From the sequence record SRR22947727_3605: 46,537 bases of DNA; one strand, 5' to 3'. Below the pieces are notes generated by a model, which worked only from the letters and a program-made list of their open reading frames with translations, made no database searches and was not told the origin of the DNA. How positions within the stretch are numbered: the first letter of the stretch is position 1; each line of letters begins with the position of its first letter. The position numbers and the translations under genes were made by a program. Shown here in pieces: positions 7,190-17,338 of the stretch.

Positions 7190-9009
7190 GCAGCCAGTCG
7201 AACCTCAGACCGTGTGGCGAGTGTCCTCTTCGAGCGCAGGATAAGCGCCGAGAGGATGTAAGCGACCGCAGTCAGGATTGCCAGAGATATCAGAGCGCTG
7301 ACCACTCTGGAGGGGTCCCCGCCAGCGAGTGAGGCAATAAGAGCATCTGTAGTCCAGCCCAGGGGTGTAGCGCCGGAGAGAGCCTGGTAGAAGCTCGGCA
7401 GGATTTCAATCGGGATAACACTGGCAAGGCTCACAATCTGAAGCACCAGCGCTGTCAGAGACAGAGGCGCCAACCAGCGCGGATTCCACGCCCACACGGC
7501 GAAGTGCACTGACGCCAGCGCGAGAGAACTCATCACAATGATCGGGGCGGTGAGACCCAGGTCAGTCCACGAGACACCGCCGAGAGTGTGCAACAGGGTG
7601 AGAACGATGGCGCTCCACGTTCCCACCATGATCAGGGTCGGGCGCGTTGCTCGTACCAACAGAGCTTGAGTCCTCGCGGTACTCCCGAGAATGCGAGAGG
7701 AATAGCTCGGCACAGTGAGGAAATAGATCAACGCAACTAACCACATACCCACCGGAACCAGAGCGCTGGAGAGTGTTTCTTGGAACCCAATGCTGTTGGA
7801 CACATTGCTACCGTCAAAGACCACGGGGTTGTTGAGAACGTCGAGCGCCTCCTCAGTGGGCATAGTTCCAGCACTCTCGCGCAAATCGTCAGCACCCTCG
7901 GCAACACCGTCGGCAAATTCCCGTGCGCCCTCAGCCAGTTCCACCATCCCTTCATCGAGATCGCCGGTTCCCTCAGCGAGGTCAAGCAGACCTTCGCGGA
8001 TATCGCCTGATCCACTGGCTAACTCCTGGCCTGCGTCATCGAGCGCATCCGCACCCTTGTCGAGCTCGATGATTCCATTCTTGACTCCGCTGAGAGCGGT
8101 GGAGGTTTGTGAGGATAGTGTCCCGCCTCCGGCAGCGGCACTGGCAAGACCGTCAATCAGCGCGTTAAGCGTCGCCTCAGCAGGGTTTCCGGTGAGAGCT
8201 CCCGAAGACTTCACTCCAGATAGCCCTGCAGACAAAGTGGAGATGCCATCGGTGTAGGTCTTCACCCCAGACGAGAGACTGTCTAGACCTGACGAGCCTG
8301 CGCTGAGGGCATCCAGCCCGTTCGACAGAGATGTCACGCCGTCGCTGAAAGTGCCAAGACCATCATCAAACTCTGTGTACCCCGAGGCCAGATCTTCGAC
8401 GCCGTGGTTGAGTTCCGTGACGCCCTCCGACACCTCTTCCACTCCACCGGCCAGGGTGTCGGCTCCGTCGGCAATGTCGTCAAAACCGTCGGCAAGTTCA
8501 ACGATGGCAGTGAAGAGGCCTTCCATGATTCCGGACCCAAATTCGTCACTCACCCCAGACGCTAGTGCGCTACCGATTTGATCGGAGAGGAGTCCGGCGA
8601 TGTAACTGCGGGAGGAGTCGGTAATGATGGTGAAAACAGCCGACTGGGGGTTATCCGAGTCAAGGGTTGTGACAGCGTAGGAAAAGTCCTCGGGGATCTC
8701 GACAATTGCATAGACGTCGCCTGCTGCGAGAAGCTCACGTGCTTGGTCAGAACCGGTGACCAACCAGTCCACGGCGAAGTCTTCTGAGGTGACCAGCTCG
8801 GTGACCAGGGGTTTGCTGGCAAAGATGATGGTTTCTTCACCGTCGTCATCAGTTTCACGAATCAGTTCGTCGTTATTGACGAGCGCTACGGGGACTCGCT
8901 CCAACGCAGAATCTCCGGCAGACATTGCGCCAAGAAGCCCACCCACAATGATCAGCGGGGTAAGGACACCCGCAATGATCCAAACGCTCCACTGCGATGT
9001 GGTTCTCAT
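7186..9009 (-). CDS. YhgE/Pip family membrane protein
   Basis: N-terminal TM followed by VPVALVNND; long L..G...L..G heptad repeats; about 6 C-terminal TM. Confidence 0.9.
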   Translation of the reverse strand: MRTTSQWSVWIIAGVLTPLIIVGGLLGAMSAGDSALERVPVALVNNDELIRETDDDGEETIIFASKPLVTELVTSEDFAVDWLVTGSDQARELLAAGDVYAIVEIPEDFSYAVTTLDSDNPQSAVFTIITDSSRSYIAGLLSDQIGSALASGVSDEFGSGIMEGLFTAIVELADGFDDIADGADTLAGGVEEVSEGVTELNHGVEDLASGYTEFDDGLGTFSDGVTSLSNGLDALSAGSSGLDSLSSGVKTYTDGISTLSAGLSGVKSSGALTGNPAEATLNALIDGLASAAAGGGTLSSQTSTALSGVKNGIIELDKGADALDDAGQELASGSGDIREGLLDLAEGTGDLDEGMVELAEGAREFADGVAEGADDLRESAGTMPTEEALDVLNNPVVFDGSNVSNSIGFQETLSSALVPVGMWLVALIYFLTVPSYSSRILGSTARTQALLVRATRPTLIMVGTWSAIVLTLLHTLGGVSWTDLGLTAPIIVMSSLALASVHFAVWAWNPRWLAPLSLTALVLQIVSLASVIPIEILPSFYQALSGATPLGWTTDALIASLAGGDPSRVVSALISLAILTAVAYILSALILRSKRTLATRSEVRLAA

Positions 9010-11891
9010 GCGTTCACCGCCGTGCGTACTGGGGATACATCGATTACTAGCGTGGCCACACTGACGGGAGCGAGTGCTCTGGCAGGAGGCAAGCTGAAGA
9101 CAGCCACGGTCTGCTCAGGGGACGCCAGCGCATCAAGAGCCCGCCACCACAGCTCACGATGGCCCTCGTCAGACAGGGGGTCAGCGGGGGAGACGAGGCA
9201 CAACGGTGAACCATCCGCCAGCGCCAAAGCTGCCCACACCAGGACTTGCTGGCCCGGATTCAGCAATCCCGGCAGTGTCGTTTCCCTCAGGGGCTGACCC
9301 GGCGCCAGTTCATCACTGAGGGCATTGAGGGTTGTCAGAGTTGTTCTGGTGAGGTGTCGATGCTCCGAGGAGGAGAGCTTCCCCCTCGAGAATGACCACT
9401 CCATCCTTTCGCGCAGTGCCTCGCCCAGTGGTGTGAGGGCATCGGCGTCCTGGGGGCTCCAGAGGGACACGGTGGCGCGAGCGCTACGACTTTCGCTGGG
9501 AAGAGGATGACCCGCCACATGAAGCGACCCTGAAAGCGGAGGTAGGGCTCCCGCCAGCGTTGCGGCGAGGACCCGTGCTAGGTGGGGCTCAGCAACGACA
9601 TCGAGGCGCTGGCCTGGCTGCCACTCCAAAGTGAGGGGCTGGCTCTGTTGCTCTCCCTCACCCACCACGAGGTAGTGGGCGTGAACGATGGAGGATGAAT
9701 ATTCCTGGGCCCATGCGCTGTCGCGGATATGCACACCCAGCTTCTCACCTTCCACGTCGGCGTGAGGGATGGTGCGCTGGAGAAATCGGGGGAAAGACCA
9801 GGCGCGCTGTTTGAACAGCGCCATCAGGGCGGGGACCAAGGTCATGCGAACGACGAACGCATCCAGGGCAATACCGACTGCAAGACCGAGCGCAATGGGC
9901 TTGATCGTATTGCTCCCGGCGGGCACGAACGCGATGAAGACAAAGAACATAATCAGAGCGGCCGAGGTCACTACTCGTGCCGCGGAGGAGTAGCCCTCCT
10001 CAATGGCATATCGCCAGTCCCCGGTGTGGACATGGCGCTCTCGCATACCCGAGACAAGAAATACCTCGTAGTCCATCGCGAGCCCGAACAACACAGCCAT
10101 CAAGATGATCGGCATAAAGCTCAGAATCGGTCCAGGAGTGTCCACTCCGGTAAGAGAACCGAGCCACCCCCATTGGAACACAGCAACCACGACACCAAAA
10201 GCGGCGGTCACGGAGAGTACAAACCCGAGCGCAGCTTTGATCGGGACGACAAGTGATCGGAAGACCGCGAGAAGCAACAGGATGGACAGTCCCACCACAA
10301 CGACGCCAAAGGGCAACAAGGCGTTCTGAATGCGCTGCGAGAGGTCCACGCCGATGGCGGTGAAGCCCGTCACCGCGATTGGGGTTCCAAGAGACTCCTC
10401 CCACGCGGGGATTCGATCCCTCAGGTCCGCGACAAGATCTTTGGTTTCTTTGGAATCCGGGGCGTATTGCGGAATCACCTGGATAATGCCGGTGTCGAGT
10501 CCGGGGGAGGGAAAGCCCTCACTGACGAACTCAATACCGGGGACCGTGGCAATGTCATCCCGGAGAGTCTCAAGATCATCCATGATGTCTTCGCTGCCCG
10601 TAATATCCACGGAAATCAGAAGAGCACCGTTGTATCCGGGGCCAAAACCGTCACTGATGTGATCAAACGCCTTGCGCTGAGTCGAGTCGATCGGTTCCTG
10701 GCCGCCTCCGGGAAGGTTCAAATCGAGTGTGAGCGCAGGAAGGGCCAGGGTCCCCAAACCGATGATGGAGACCAGGCTGACCAGAAGCGGTCGCTTCATG
10801 ACGACACGGACCCAACGCCGACCGACGCTCGGTCGATCGGCACCAGCCAGGGCAAGTTTTGCGGCACCTGAATTGGGTTTGGGTCGAAGTTTCTCTCCCA
10901 TGATTCCCATGAGGGCTGGGAGCAGGGTGATGGCCGCCACGATCGCGATAGCGACTGCCGCTGCGGCGGACGCTCCCATCACACTCAAAAACGGAATTCC
11001 CACCAGGAACAGGCCCAGTAGGGCAATGATGACCGTGATGCCCGCGAAGACCACTGCATTTCCTGCAGTTCCCACGGATATCGCGGCTGACTCTGCTGGA
11101 TCATCGCCTCGGGCAAGTTGGTCCCGGTGCCGAGAAAGGATAAATAGCGAGTAGTCGATGCCCACGGCGAGCCCCAGCATGACAGCAAGCAACGGTGCCG
11201 AACTAGAGATGGTGGCCCCTAGAGCTGCGATGAGAATTCCACCTACCGCAATTCCGACTCCCACTATCGCGCTAGCCAGGGGCATCCACGCAGGTCGGAG
11301 AGAGCGGAAGGTGACAATCAACACAACACCGGCAATTAGCACCCCCAGGAGTTCGTGGTACGTCAGTCCGACGACCTGGTCTTGGAAGATTGCACCGCCG
11401 TACTCAATGGTGAGTCCGGCTGACTCCGCAATTTGGCGAGTCTCGAGGAGTGCGTCGATCATCTCGTCGGTGACCTCCGGGGAGGACATTTCAAAGCCCA
11501 CCTGGATGAAGGCATAGCGAGCGTCATCGCTCAGTGCTTCACCCGCAAACTCGTCAAACGGGGTTGTGGCATTCTCGACCCCGGCTTGACCCTCGATGGC
11601 CCTGGCGAGTTCTTCGATAATGGCCTCGTTGGTCGAGGAATCGAGTCGCTCCCCCTCAGGAGCAACGAGCACCACCTGAGCGGAGGCGCCGGCAAAGGAC
11701 GGGAAGACCGCTTCGAGGCGGTTGAAGGCTTCTTGGGATTCGCTTCCTGGGATCTCAAAAGCTTCTTCGGTTTGGCCACCAATTGTGAGTCCAGCTCCGA
11801 GAACCACAAGAAGAGCAGCAACCCAGGCCAGGATGACGCGACCCCAGCGGTGATAGCTCGCCTTTCCCAGGCGATAGAGGAGAGTAGCCAC
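9006..11891 (-). CDS. MMPL (RND) family transporter with a C-terminal degenerate ABC-ATPase-like extension
   Basis: GLAVGIDYSLF, FGPGYNG, FGLAMDYEVF, DAFVVRMTLVPA; about 240 extra residues after DVEGE. Confidence 0.92.
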   Translation of the reverse strand: MATLLYRLGKASYHRWGRVILAWVAALLVVLGAGLTIGGQTEEAFEIPGSESQEAFNRLEAVFPSFAGASAQVVLVAPEGERLDSSTNEAIIEELARAIEGQAGVENATTPFDEFAGEALSDDARYAFIQVGFEMSSPEVTDEMIDALLETRQIAESAGLTIEYGGAIFQDQVVGLTYHELLGVLIAGVVLIVTFRSLRPAWMPLASAIVGVGIAVGGILIAALGATISSSAPLLAVMLGLAVGIDYSLFILSRHRDQLARGDDPAESAAISVGTAGNAVVFAGITVIIALLGLFLVGIPFLSVMGASAAAAVAIAIVAAITLLPALMGIMGEKLRPKPNSGAAKLALAGADRPSVGRRWVRVVMKRPLLVSLVSIIGLGTLALPALTLDLNLPGGGQEPIDSTQRKAFDHISDGFGPGYNGALLISVDITGSEDIMDDLETLRDDIATVPGIEFVSEGFPSPGLDTGIIQVIPQYAPDSKETKDLVADLRDRIPAWEESLGTPIAVTGFTAIGVDLSQRIQNALLPFGVVVVGLSILLLLAVFRSLVVPIKAALGFVLSVTAAFGVVVAVFQWGWLGSLTGVDTPGPILSFMPIILMAVLFGLAMDYEVFLVSGMRERHVHTGDWRYAIEEGYSSAARVVTSAALIMFFVFIAFVPAGSNTIKPIALGLAVGIALDAFVVRMTLVPALMALFKQRAWSFPRFLQRTIPHADVEGEKLGVHIRDSAWAQEYSSSIVHAHYLVVGEGEQQSQPLTLEWQPGQRLDVVAEPHLARVLAATLAGALPPLSGSLHVAGHPLPSESRSARATVSLWSPQDADALTPLGEALRERMEWSFSRGKLSSSEHRHLTRTTLTTLNALSDELAPGQPLRETTLPGLLNPGQQVLVWAALALADGSPLCLVSPADPLSDEGHRELWWRALDALASPEQTVAVFSLPPARALAPVSVATLVIDVSPVRTAVNA

Positions 11892-12464
11892 TTAGTGCCC
11901 TACCTCCGTCGTCAAAGGTGCACCCATCACCATGGAGCTGACCACGCTGGTCAACATGTCCTTGAGTTCTTCCTCGGGCACCGACTGGAGTTCCAAAATG
12001 GTGGCGGACACCAGCGTGTAGGTGACACCGGAGATGACAATGCCAAACCTCAATCGGTCGTATTCCCCGGACGAGTACTGGTTGACTACGTCGGCCATCC
12101 GCTCCATCAACGACTGTGCCGTTTTGAGCGCGGGCACCGAGTCCACGAAGTAAGGGTGGGTGATCACAATGTGGGTAGCGAGACGATGGCTGACCAAAAG
12201 CTCGACGAGATCCTGTGCGAACGCGACTCGATCGCTTTCTGTGGCCAGCCCTTGCAGAGTTGCTGCCTCAAGAAGTTTCTCTGTGGCGACAAGTGAGGGG
12301 GAGAGAGCTTCGTTGATCAGTTCTTCCTTGTGAGAGAAGTGGTAGACAACATTCGCTTTGGAACAATTGCTGGCATCGGCGATGTCTTGCAGGGACGTCG
12401 CAGCAATTCCCCGCCTCGCACACAGGTCAAGGGTCGCCTGCAAAATCTGATCGCGGACACTCAC
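11892..12464 (-). CDS. TetR/AcrR family transcriptional regulator
   Basis: N-terminal HTH: ILQATLDL...TSLQDIADASNCSKANVVYHFSHKEEL. Confidence 0.92.
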   Translation of the reverse strand: MSVRDQILQATLDLCARRGIAATSLQDIADASNCSKANVVYHFSHKEELINEALSPSLVATEKLLEAATLQGLATESDRVAFAQDLVELLVSHRLATHIVITHPYFVDSVPALKTAQSLMERMADVVNQYSSGEYDRLRFGIVISGVTYTLVSATILELQSVPEEELKDMLTSVVSSMVMGAPLTTEVGH

Positions 12465-12497
12465 GTATGGGAGCCTAAGGCGGTGGCGATGCTCTCC

Positions 12498-12513
12498 CTG
12501 ACCAAATGGTCAG
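12498..12513. promoter_or_regulatory. Probable TetR operator
   Basis: Perfect inverted repeat CTGACCA-AA-TGGTCAG just upstream of the tetR promoter (-10 TAGGCT at 12472-12477, minus strand). Confidence 0.65.
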
Positions 12514-12555
12514 TTTCTTGGAAATCTCCCAGCTATCTCCCGGCAAACGCCCTGT

Positions 12556-13788
12556 TTAGATGCTGCGGAAGGCCACAACCGCGTTGTGGCCACCAAAACC
12601 GAAGGAGTTACTGATCGCTAACTGAGGCCCTGAGCCCAAGTCTCTGGGGGCGGTCACCACGTCGAGGGGGATCTGCTCGTCTTGGTTATCCAGGTTGATG
12701 GTGGGAGGAGCAATCCGTTCATGGACCGCAAGTATCGAAAACACTGCTTCAAGGGCTCCCGTGCCACCCAAAAGGTGTCCTGTCGCTGCCTTTGTGGCAG
12801 AGACAGGAATCGAGTGGACACGGTCTCCGAACACCGCTTTGAGCGCGTGGAATTCTGCAATGTCGCCCACTGGGGTGGAGGTCGCGTGGGCGTTGATGTG
12901 CGTGACATCGTCGGGGGTGGCACCTGCTTGCGCGAGCGCTGCCATCACTGCTCGGGAAGCCCCCAGACCCTCGGGGTCAGGAGCCGTGATGTGATACGAA
13001 TCACTCGTCACACCGCTACCCGCTAGCTCGGCATAAATCTTCGCGCCACGTGCTTCGGCGTGCTCTTTGGTTTCCAACACAATAGTTGCCGCACCCTCAC
13101 CCAGGACAAAACCATCTCGGTCTACGTCATAGGGCCGTGATGCCCGAGCGGGGTCATCGTTGCGCTTAGACAGCGCCTGCATCGCCGCAAAAGCCGCGAT
13201 AGGCAGAGGGTGAATGACCGCCTCAGTTCCCCCGGCCACCACAACATCAGCAAGCCCTAGTTGCAGGTGCTCGTAGGCATTAGCAATCGATTCTGTTCCC
13301 GACGCGCAAGCGGAGACAACGGTTCTGGCCCCTCCTCGACCGCCCAGTGCCATGCTCACCGCGGCTGCAGCGGCGTTGGGCATCAGCATCGGAATGGTCA
13401 TGGGGAGGACACGTCTCGGGCCTTTTTCGCGGAGAGTGTCCCAGCCATCCAGCAGAGTCCAGAGCCCACCGATTCCGGTGGCGTAATCGACCAGAATGCG
13501 CTCAGGCGCAACGTCGGGAGCTCCGGCGTCAGCCCACGCCTCTCGGGCAGAAATGAGAGCGAGTTGCGCTGAGGGGTCGAGGCGCTTGAATTCTTGGCGT
13601 TCGAGAACGTCCTCGGCTTTGACCTTGGCTTGACCGGCAAACGTTACCGGAAGCTCATATTTTTCGACCCACTCATGCTCCAGCGTCGTCACACCGGATT
13701 CACCGGCAAGCAGAGCTTTCCAGGTGGACGCTACGTCTCCCCCCAGGGGAGAGGTAGCACCTATTCCGGTGACGACGACGGTGGTCAT
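12556..13788 (-). CDS. fabF: 3-oxoacyl-ACP synthase II
   Basis: SACASG active-site Cys, HINAHATST, GHLLG, SNSFGFGGHN. Confidence 0.96.
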   Translation of the reverse strand: MTTVVVTGIGATSPLGGDVASTWKALLAGESGVTTLEHEWVEKYELPVTFAGQAKVKAEDVLERQEFKRLDPSAQLALISAREAWADAGAPDVAPERILVDYATGIGGLWTLLDGWDTLREKGPRRVLPMTIPMLMPNAAAAAVSMALGGRGGARTVVSACASGTESIANAYEHLQLGLADVVVAGGTEAVIHPLPIAAFAAMQALSKRNDDPARASRPYDVDRDGFVLGEGAATIVLETKEHAEARGAKIYAELAGSGVTSDSYHITAPDPEGLGASRAVMAALAQAGATPDDVTHINAHATSTPVGDIAEFHALKAVFGDRVHSIPVSATKAATGHLLGGTGALEAVFSILAVHERIAPPTINLDNQDEQIPLDVVTAPRDLGSGPQLAISNSFGFGGHNAVVAFRSI

Positions 13789-13811
13789 AGTGTTCCCCGG
13801 AGGGGAGGTCC

Positions 13812-14060
13812 TTAGGCCTGAGCCTTAGTAATGAACTCCACTGCCTCGCCGACGGTGGTCAGGTTCTTTACCTCGTCGTCAGGAATCTTGACGTCAAACT
13901 TCTCTTCAGCGTTCACGACGATGGTCATCATCGAAATCGAGTCAATGTCGAGGTCATCGGTGAAGGACTTCTCCAACGAGACCTGGTCGGCGGAAATGCC
14001 GGTTTCGTCGTTGATGAGCTCGGCAAGGCCGGCGAGAACTTCCTCAGTGGTGTGAGCCAT
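13812..14060 (-). CDS. acpP: Acyl carrier protein
   Basis: DLDIDSISM phosphopantetheine site; start moved to ATG 14060 after AAAGGAAA. Confidence 0.96.
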   Translation of the reverse strand: MAHTTEEVLAGLAELINDETGISADQVSLEKSFTDDLDIDSISMMTIVVNAEEKFDVKIPDDEVKNLTTVGEAVEFITKAQA

Positions 14061-14120
14061 GATTTTCCTTTTCTGTGGGGGTGTAGTGACCGGCTCCAAT
14101 CTTAGAGCCAGCCTTTCGGT

Positions 14121-15122
14121 CTAGGGGAGAGTGACAACCTGTGCGCCATAGACAAGGCCGGCGCCAAAGCCAATCTGCAAGGCGAGACCACCGGACGCGT
14201 CGGGGTGTTCCTCGAGCAACCGGTGCATTGCCAGGGGAATCGATGCGGCAGAGGTGTTACCGGTCGTTTCGATATCGCGAGCAATCAGGACACTCTCGGG
14301 AAGCCCCAATTGCTTAGCAAATTCGTCAATGATGCGCATATTGGCCTGGTGAGGGACGAATGCAGTCAATTCCTCGGGGCTCACACCGGATTTCTCCAGA
14401 GCCTCCTTCGCGACCTTGGCCATCTCCCAGACGGCCCAACGAAACACAGTTTGGCCATCCTGTCGCAGGGTGGGGAAGCCACCGTCAGGGTCATCAAACG
14501 CTTCCTTGAGGGGCCGATTCATTCCGACGGCGTCCCATTTGGAGCCATCGGAACCCCACAGGGTGGGGCCAATTCCAATGGTGTCACTGGGGCCGACAAT
14601 GGCAGCACCGGCGCCATCACCGAGCAGGAACGAAATACTGCGGTCGGTGGGCTCCACAAAATCGCTGAGTTTTTCAGCACCCACGACCAGGACATAGTTC
14701 GCTGTTCCCGAGCGGATGAGGGCATCTGCTTGGGCGATGCCATAGGTGTAGCCGGCACAGGCTGCAGAGATGTCATACGCCGCGGCGGGCGTAGCGCCCA
14801 CGCGATCGGCAAGCAGCGCTGCCAACGACGGTGTTTGCACAGCGTTGCTAATCGTTGCGACAATCACAGCGCCAATCTGGTCTGGCTGGATTCCAGCCTT
14901 CTCGATGGCCTCATTCGAGGCGCGAACGGCAAGATCAATGGCCTGCTCAGCATCACTCGAGCGACGGCGCTCGATGATGCCGGTGCGCTGACGAATCCAC
15001 TCATCCGAGGAGTCGATCGGTCCGGCAATGTCGTCGTTGCTCACGACCGTGTCGCCGCGGGCAGCACCTAACGAAAGGATGCGTGTGAACTGAGCACCGT
15101 GTGATTGGGCGAGGGGACTCAT
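14121..15122 (-). CDS. fabH: 3-oxoacyl-ACP synthase III
   Basis: DISAACAG, PHQAN, GNTSAAS, GFGAGL; ATG 15122 overlaps the fabD stop. Confidence 0.96.
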   Translation of the reverse strand: MSPLAQSHGAQFTRILSLGAARGDTVVSNDDIAGPIDSSDEWIRQRTGIIERRRSSDAEQAIDLAVRASNEAIEKAGIQPDQIGAVIVATISNAVQTPSLAALLADRVGATPAAAYDISAACAGYTYGIAQADALIRSGTANYVLVVGAEKLSDFVEPTDRSISFLLGDGAGAAIVGPSDTIGIGPTLWGSDGSKWDAVGMNRPLKEAFDDPDGGFPTLRQDGQTVFRWAVWEMAKVAKEALEKSGVSPEELTAFVPHQANMRIIDEFAKQLGLPESVLIARDIETTGNTSAASIPLAMHRLLEEHPDASGGLALQIGFGAGLVYGAQVVTLP

Positions 15123-16033
15123 GCAGCGCTCACCAACTCCACGGCTGCAGCGACATCGTCGGGGGTGTTGAGTGCCACGGTGGGGACTCCCTTCAGAGCT
15201 CTTTTCGCTAACCCCACCAGTGCGCCGGCAGGGGCAAGTTCCATCATGCCCTGGATGCCATCCTTCGCGAACGATTCCATGCAGAGATCCCATCGGACCG
15301 GTCTGGCCACCTGGTCAACTAAGTAGCTAAGAGCCAGGTCGTGGCCCACTCGTGATCCATCTCGGTTCGTATACAGCGGGTGCGTTTCTTCGCGGGAGGT
15401 AATGCCGGAAGCTGCTTCTGCCAGTGCTGAGACAGCGCTCTGCATGTAAGCGGTGTGAAAAGCACCCGCGACCTGCAGGGGAATCACACGCATGCCTTCA
15501 GGAGGGTTTTCTTGGAACCGAGATAACGCAGTTCGTTCGCCGGCGATGACAACCTGACCTGCCCCGTTGAAGTTCGCGGCAGAGAGGTTCGCTTCCGCGA
15601 GCGCGGTGGTGAGCACCTCGAGATCGGCGCCGAGCACAGCTGACATTCCCGTGGGAACCTCAGCGGCAGCCCCCGCCATGGCGCGACCTCGCAGGGTAAC
15701 CAGCGAGACGGCTTCGTCATCGGTGATGACACCCGACAGCGCTGCAGCAGTAAATTCACCGACCGAGTGCCCGGCGAAGGCGAGTGATGCGCCCTCGGGC
15801 AGTGCCTCCAGCAGAGCGCGCCCCGTGATGATTCCTGCGGCGACAATCAGAGGTTGCGCAACCGCGGTATCAGTAATGGTCTCTTGGTCACTAGTAGTTC
15901 CGTGCGCAATGAGGTCGCTCTCGATGAGGTCTGACCATCGAGTGAGGTTCTCCCGATGTGAGGAGGATTCCAGCCACGGTTCCAGAAATCCGGGCTTTTG
16001 GGAACCCTGTCCGGGCGCTGCAATCACAAACAT
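15119..16033 (-). CDS. fabD: Malonyl-CoA:ACP transacylase
   Basis: PGQGSQ, GHSVGE, AGAFHT; likely start at ATG 16033. Confidence 0.95.
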   Translation of the reverse strand: MFVIAAPGQGSQKPGFLEPWLESSSHRENLTRWSDLIESDLIAHGTTSDQETITDTAVAQPLIVAAGIITGRALLEALPEGASLAFAGHSVGEFTAAALSGVITDDEAVSLVTLRGRAMAGAAAEVPTGMSAVLGADLEVLTTALAEANLSAANFNGAGQVVIAGERTALSRFQENPPEGMRVIPLQVAGAFHTAYMQSAVSALAEAASGITSREETHPLYTNRDGSRVGHDLALSYLVDQVARPVRWDLCMESFAKDGIQGMMELAPAGALVGLAKRALKGVPTVALNTPDDVAAAVELVSAA

Positions 16034-16100
16034 GGTCTCTAGTCTCCCGTCCACAGGAATAAATCGGCTAGAGGAACATGCCCACGGGGGCCAGCAAACA

Positions 16101-16117
16101 CTGTGGGGATTCTACAG
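16101..16117. promoter_or_regulatory. Candidate FasR/PucR-family binding site upstream of fabD
   Basis: CTGT-N9-ACAG inverted repeat overlapping the regulator's stop codon, upstream of fabD. Confidence 0.35.
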
Positions 16118-17308
16118 TTTGGGGCTTCCTGCAGAGCTTGGACCCTGATTGGGCTCGCTCATCGAGCCCAGAATCACCGCCACGTGAATGGTGAAAGCGT
16201 CGCGGGGGACACCCGGATCCCAGTCGACAACCTCGATGACCTTCTTCAAGCGGTACCGGACAGTGTTGGGGTGGACAAAGAGTTCGCGCGCTGTTGCTTC
16301 GAGAGAGTGCCCCGTCTCGAAATACGTCCAGACGGTTCCCAACAAATCCAGCGCGTGATCGCGCAGTGGCTCATAAATTCCTTGGATGAGGGCGCGACGG
16401 GCTAGCGGGTCCCCGGCGAGAGCCCGCTCCGGCAAAACATCGTCAGCCAAAAGGGGTCGGGGAGGCTCCCTTCGGCTCTTCGCCACAGAGAACCCCGCGA
16501 GAGCAGCTTTCGCGCTCTTCACGGCGTCAACAACTGCTGGGACAGTGGGACCCACGACATAGGTTCCCGGTCCGAAGGACTCATCGAGAGCAGCTGCGAT
16601 GTCGATAAAGGAGATCACCTCGTGGGTGCTGTCTTCTTCAATACGGCGACCTACGACCACGACGAGTCGATTGCCCTGCACTCCCACCAGTACGTCGGTG
16701 TCATGGTGTCGGGCGGTACGTCGAATCGCGTCCACATCGACCATGCGAGGGCTTGTGCCCACGATGACGCTGACCTCGCCGTGTCCCGTCCACCCGAGTG
16801 CCGCGATTCTGGAAGGGAGCTCTTGGTCGTATTCGCCGCTGAGGATCGAGTCCACAACGAGCGCCTCCAGGCGGGCATCCCAGAGGCCACGAGCTTCCGC
16901 AGCTCTGGCATACACGTCTGCTGCGGCAAAAGCGATGTCGCGGGAATAGTGGAGTATGCCCTCACGAAGCTCGTGGGGAGCGTCTTTCAAGAAGTCCTCG
17001 ACGACCTCCACGGTCACCTTGATCAACTGCAGAGTCTGCTGCAGGCTGACTGATCGCAACAACTCCCGGGGGGCCACGCCAAAAACATCGGAGGCAATCC
17101 AGGGAGTGGAGCCAGGTGATTCATACCAACTAATGAAGGACGTGATTCCGGCTTGAGCGACCATGCCAACTGCCGAGCGTCGACTGGGCGGCATGTCTTT
17201 GTACCAGGGCAGGTCCCGCTCGAGCCTGGCCAGGGTGGCACTCGCCATCTCACCCGAAATATTGCGCAACCACGACAGCGTCTGCTTCTTCGTCATGGCT
17301 GCGCTCAT
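16112..17308 (-). CDS. fasR: PucR/CdaR family regulator (FasR, activator of fatty-acid synthesis)
   Basis: AYARAAE-like AEARGLWDARLEALVVD motif; C-terminal HTH SLEATARELFVHPNTVRYRL; sits between aceE and fabD. Confidence 0.88.
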   Translation of the reverse strand: MSAAMTKKQTLSWLRNISGEMASATLARLERDLPWYKDMPPSRRSAVGMVAQAGITSFISWYESPGSTPWIASDVFGVAPRELLRSVSLQQTLQLIKVTVEVVEDFLKDAPHELREGILHYSRDIAFAAADVYARAAEARGLWDARLEALVVDSILSGEYDQELPSRIAALGWTGHGEVSVIVGTSPRMVDVDAIRRTARHHDTDVLVGVQGNRLVVVVGRRIEEDSTHEVISFIDIAAALDESFGPGTYVVGPTVPAVVDAVKSAKAALAGFSVAKSRREPPRPLLADDVLPERALAGDPLARRALIQGIYEPLRDHALDLLGTVWTYFETGHSLEATARELFVHPNTVRYRLKKVIEVVDWDPGVPRDAFTIHVAVILGSMSEPNQGPSSAGSPKL

Positions 17309-17338
17309 GGTGTCCTCACTTGTGGGGTGACAAGACCC

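Noticed and set aside
7860-8520. Quasi-repeats in YhgE/Pip resembling a repeat array
   Set aside because: Protein-level heptad repeats normal for the family; no DNA direct repeats with spacers, so not CRISPR
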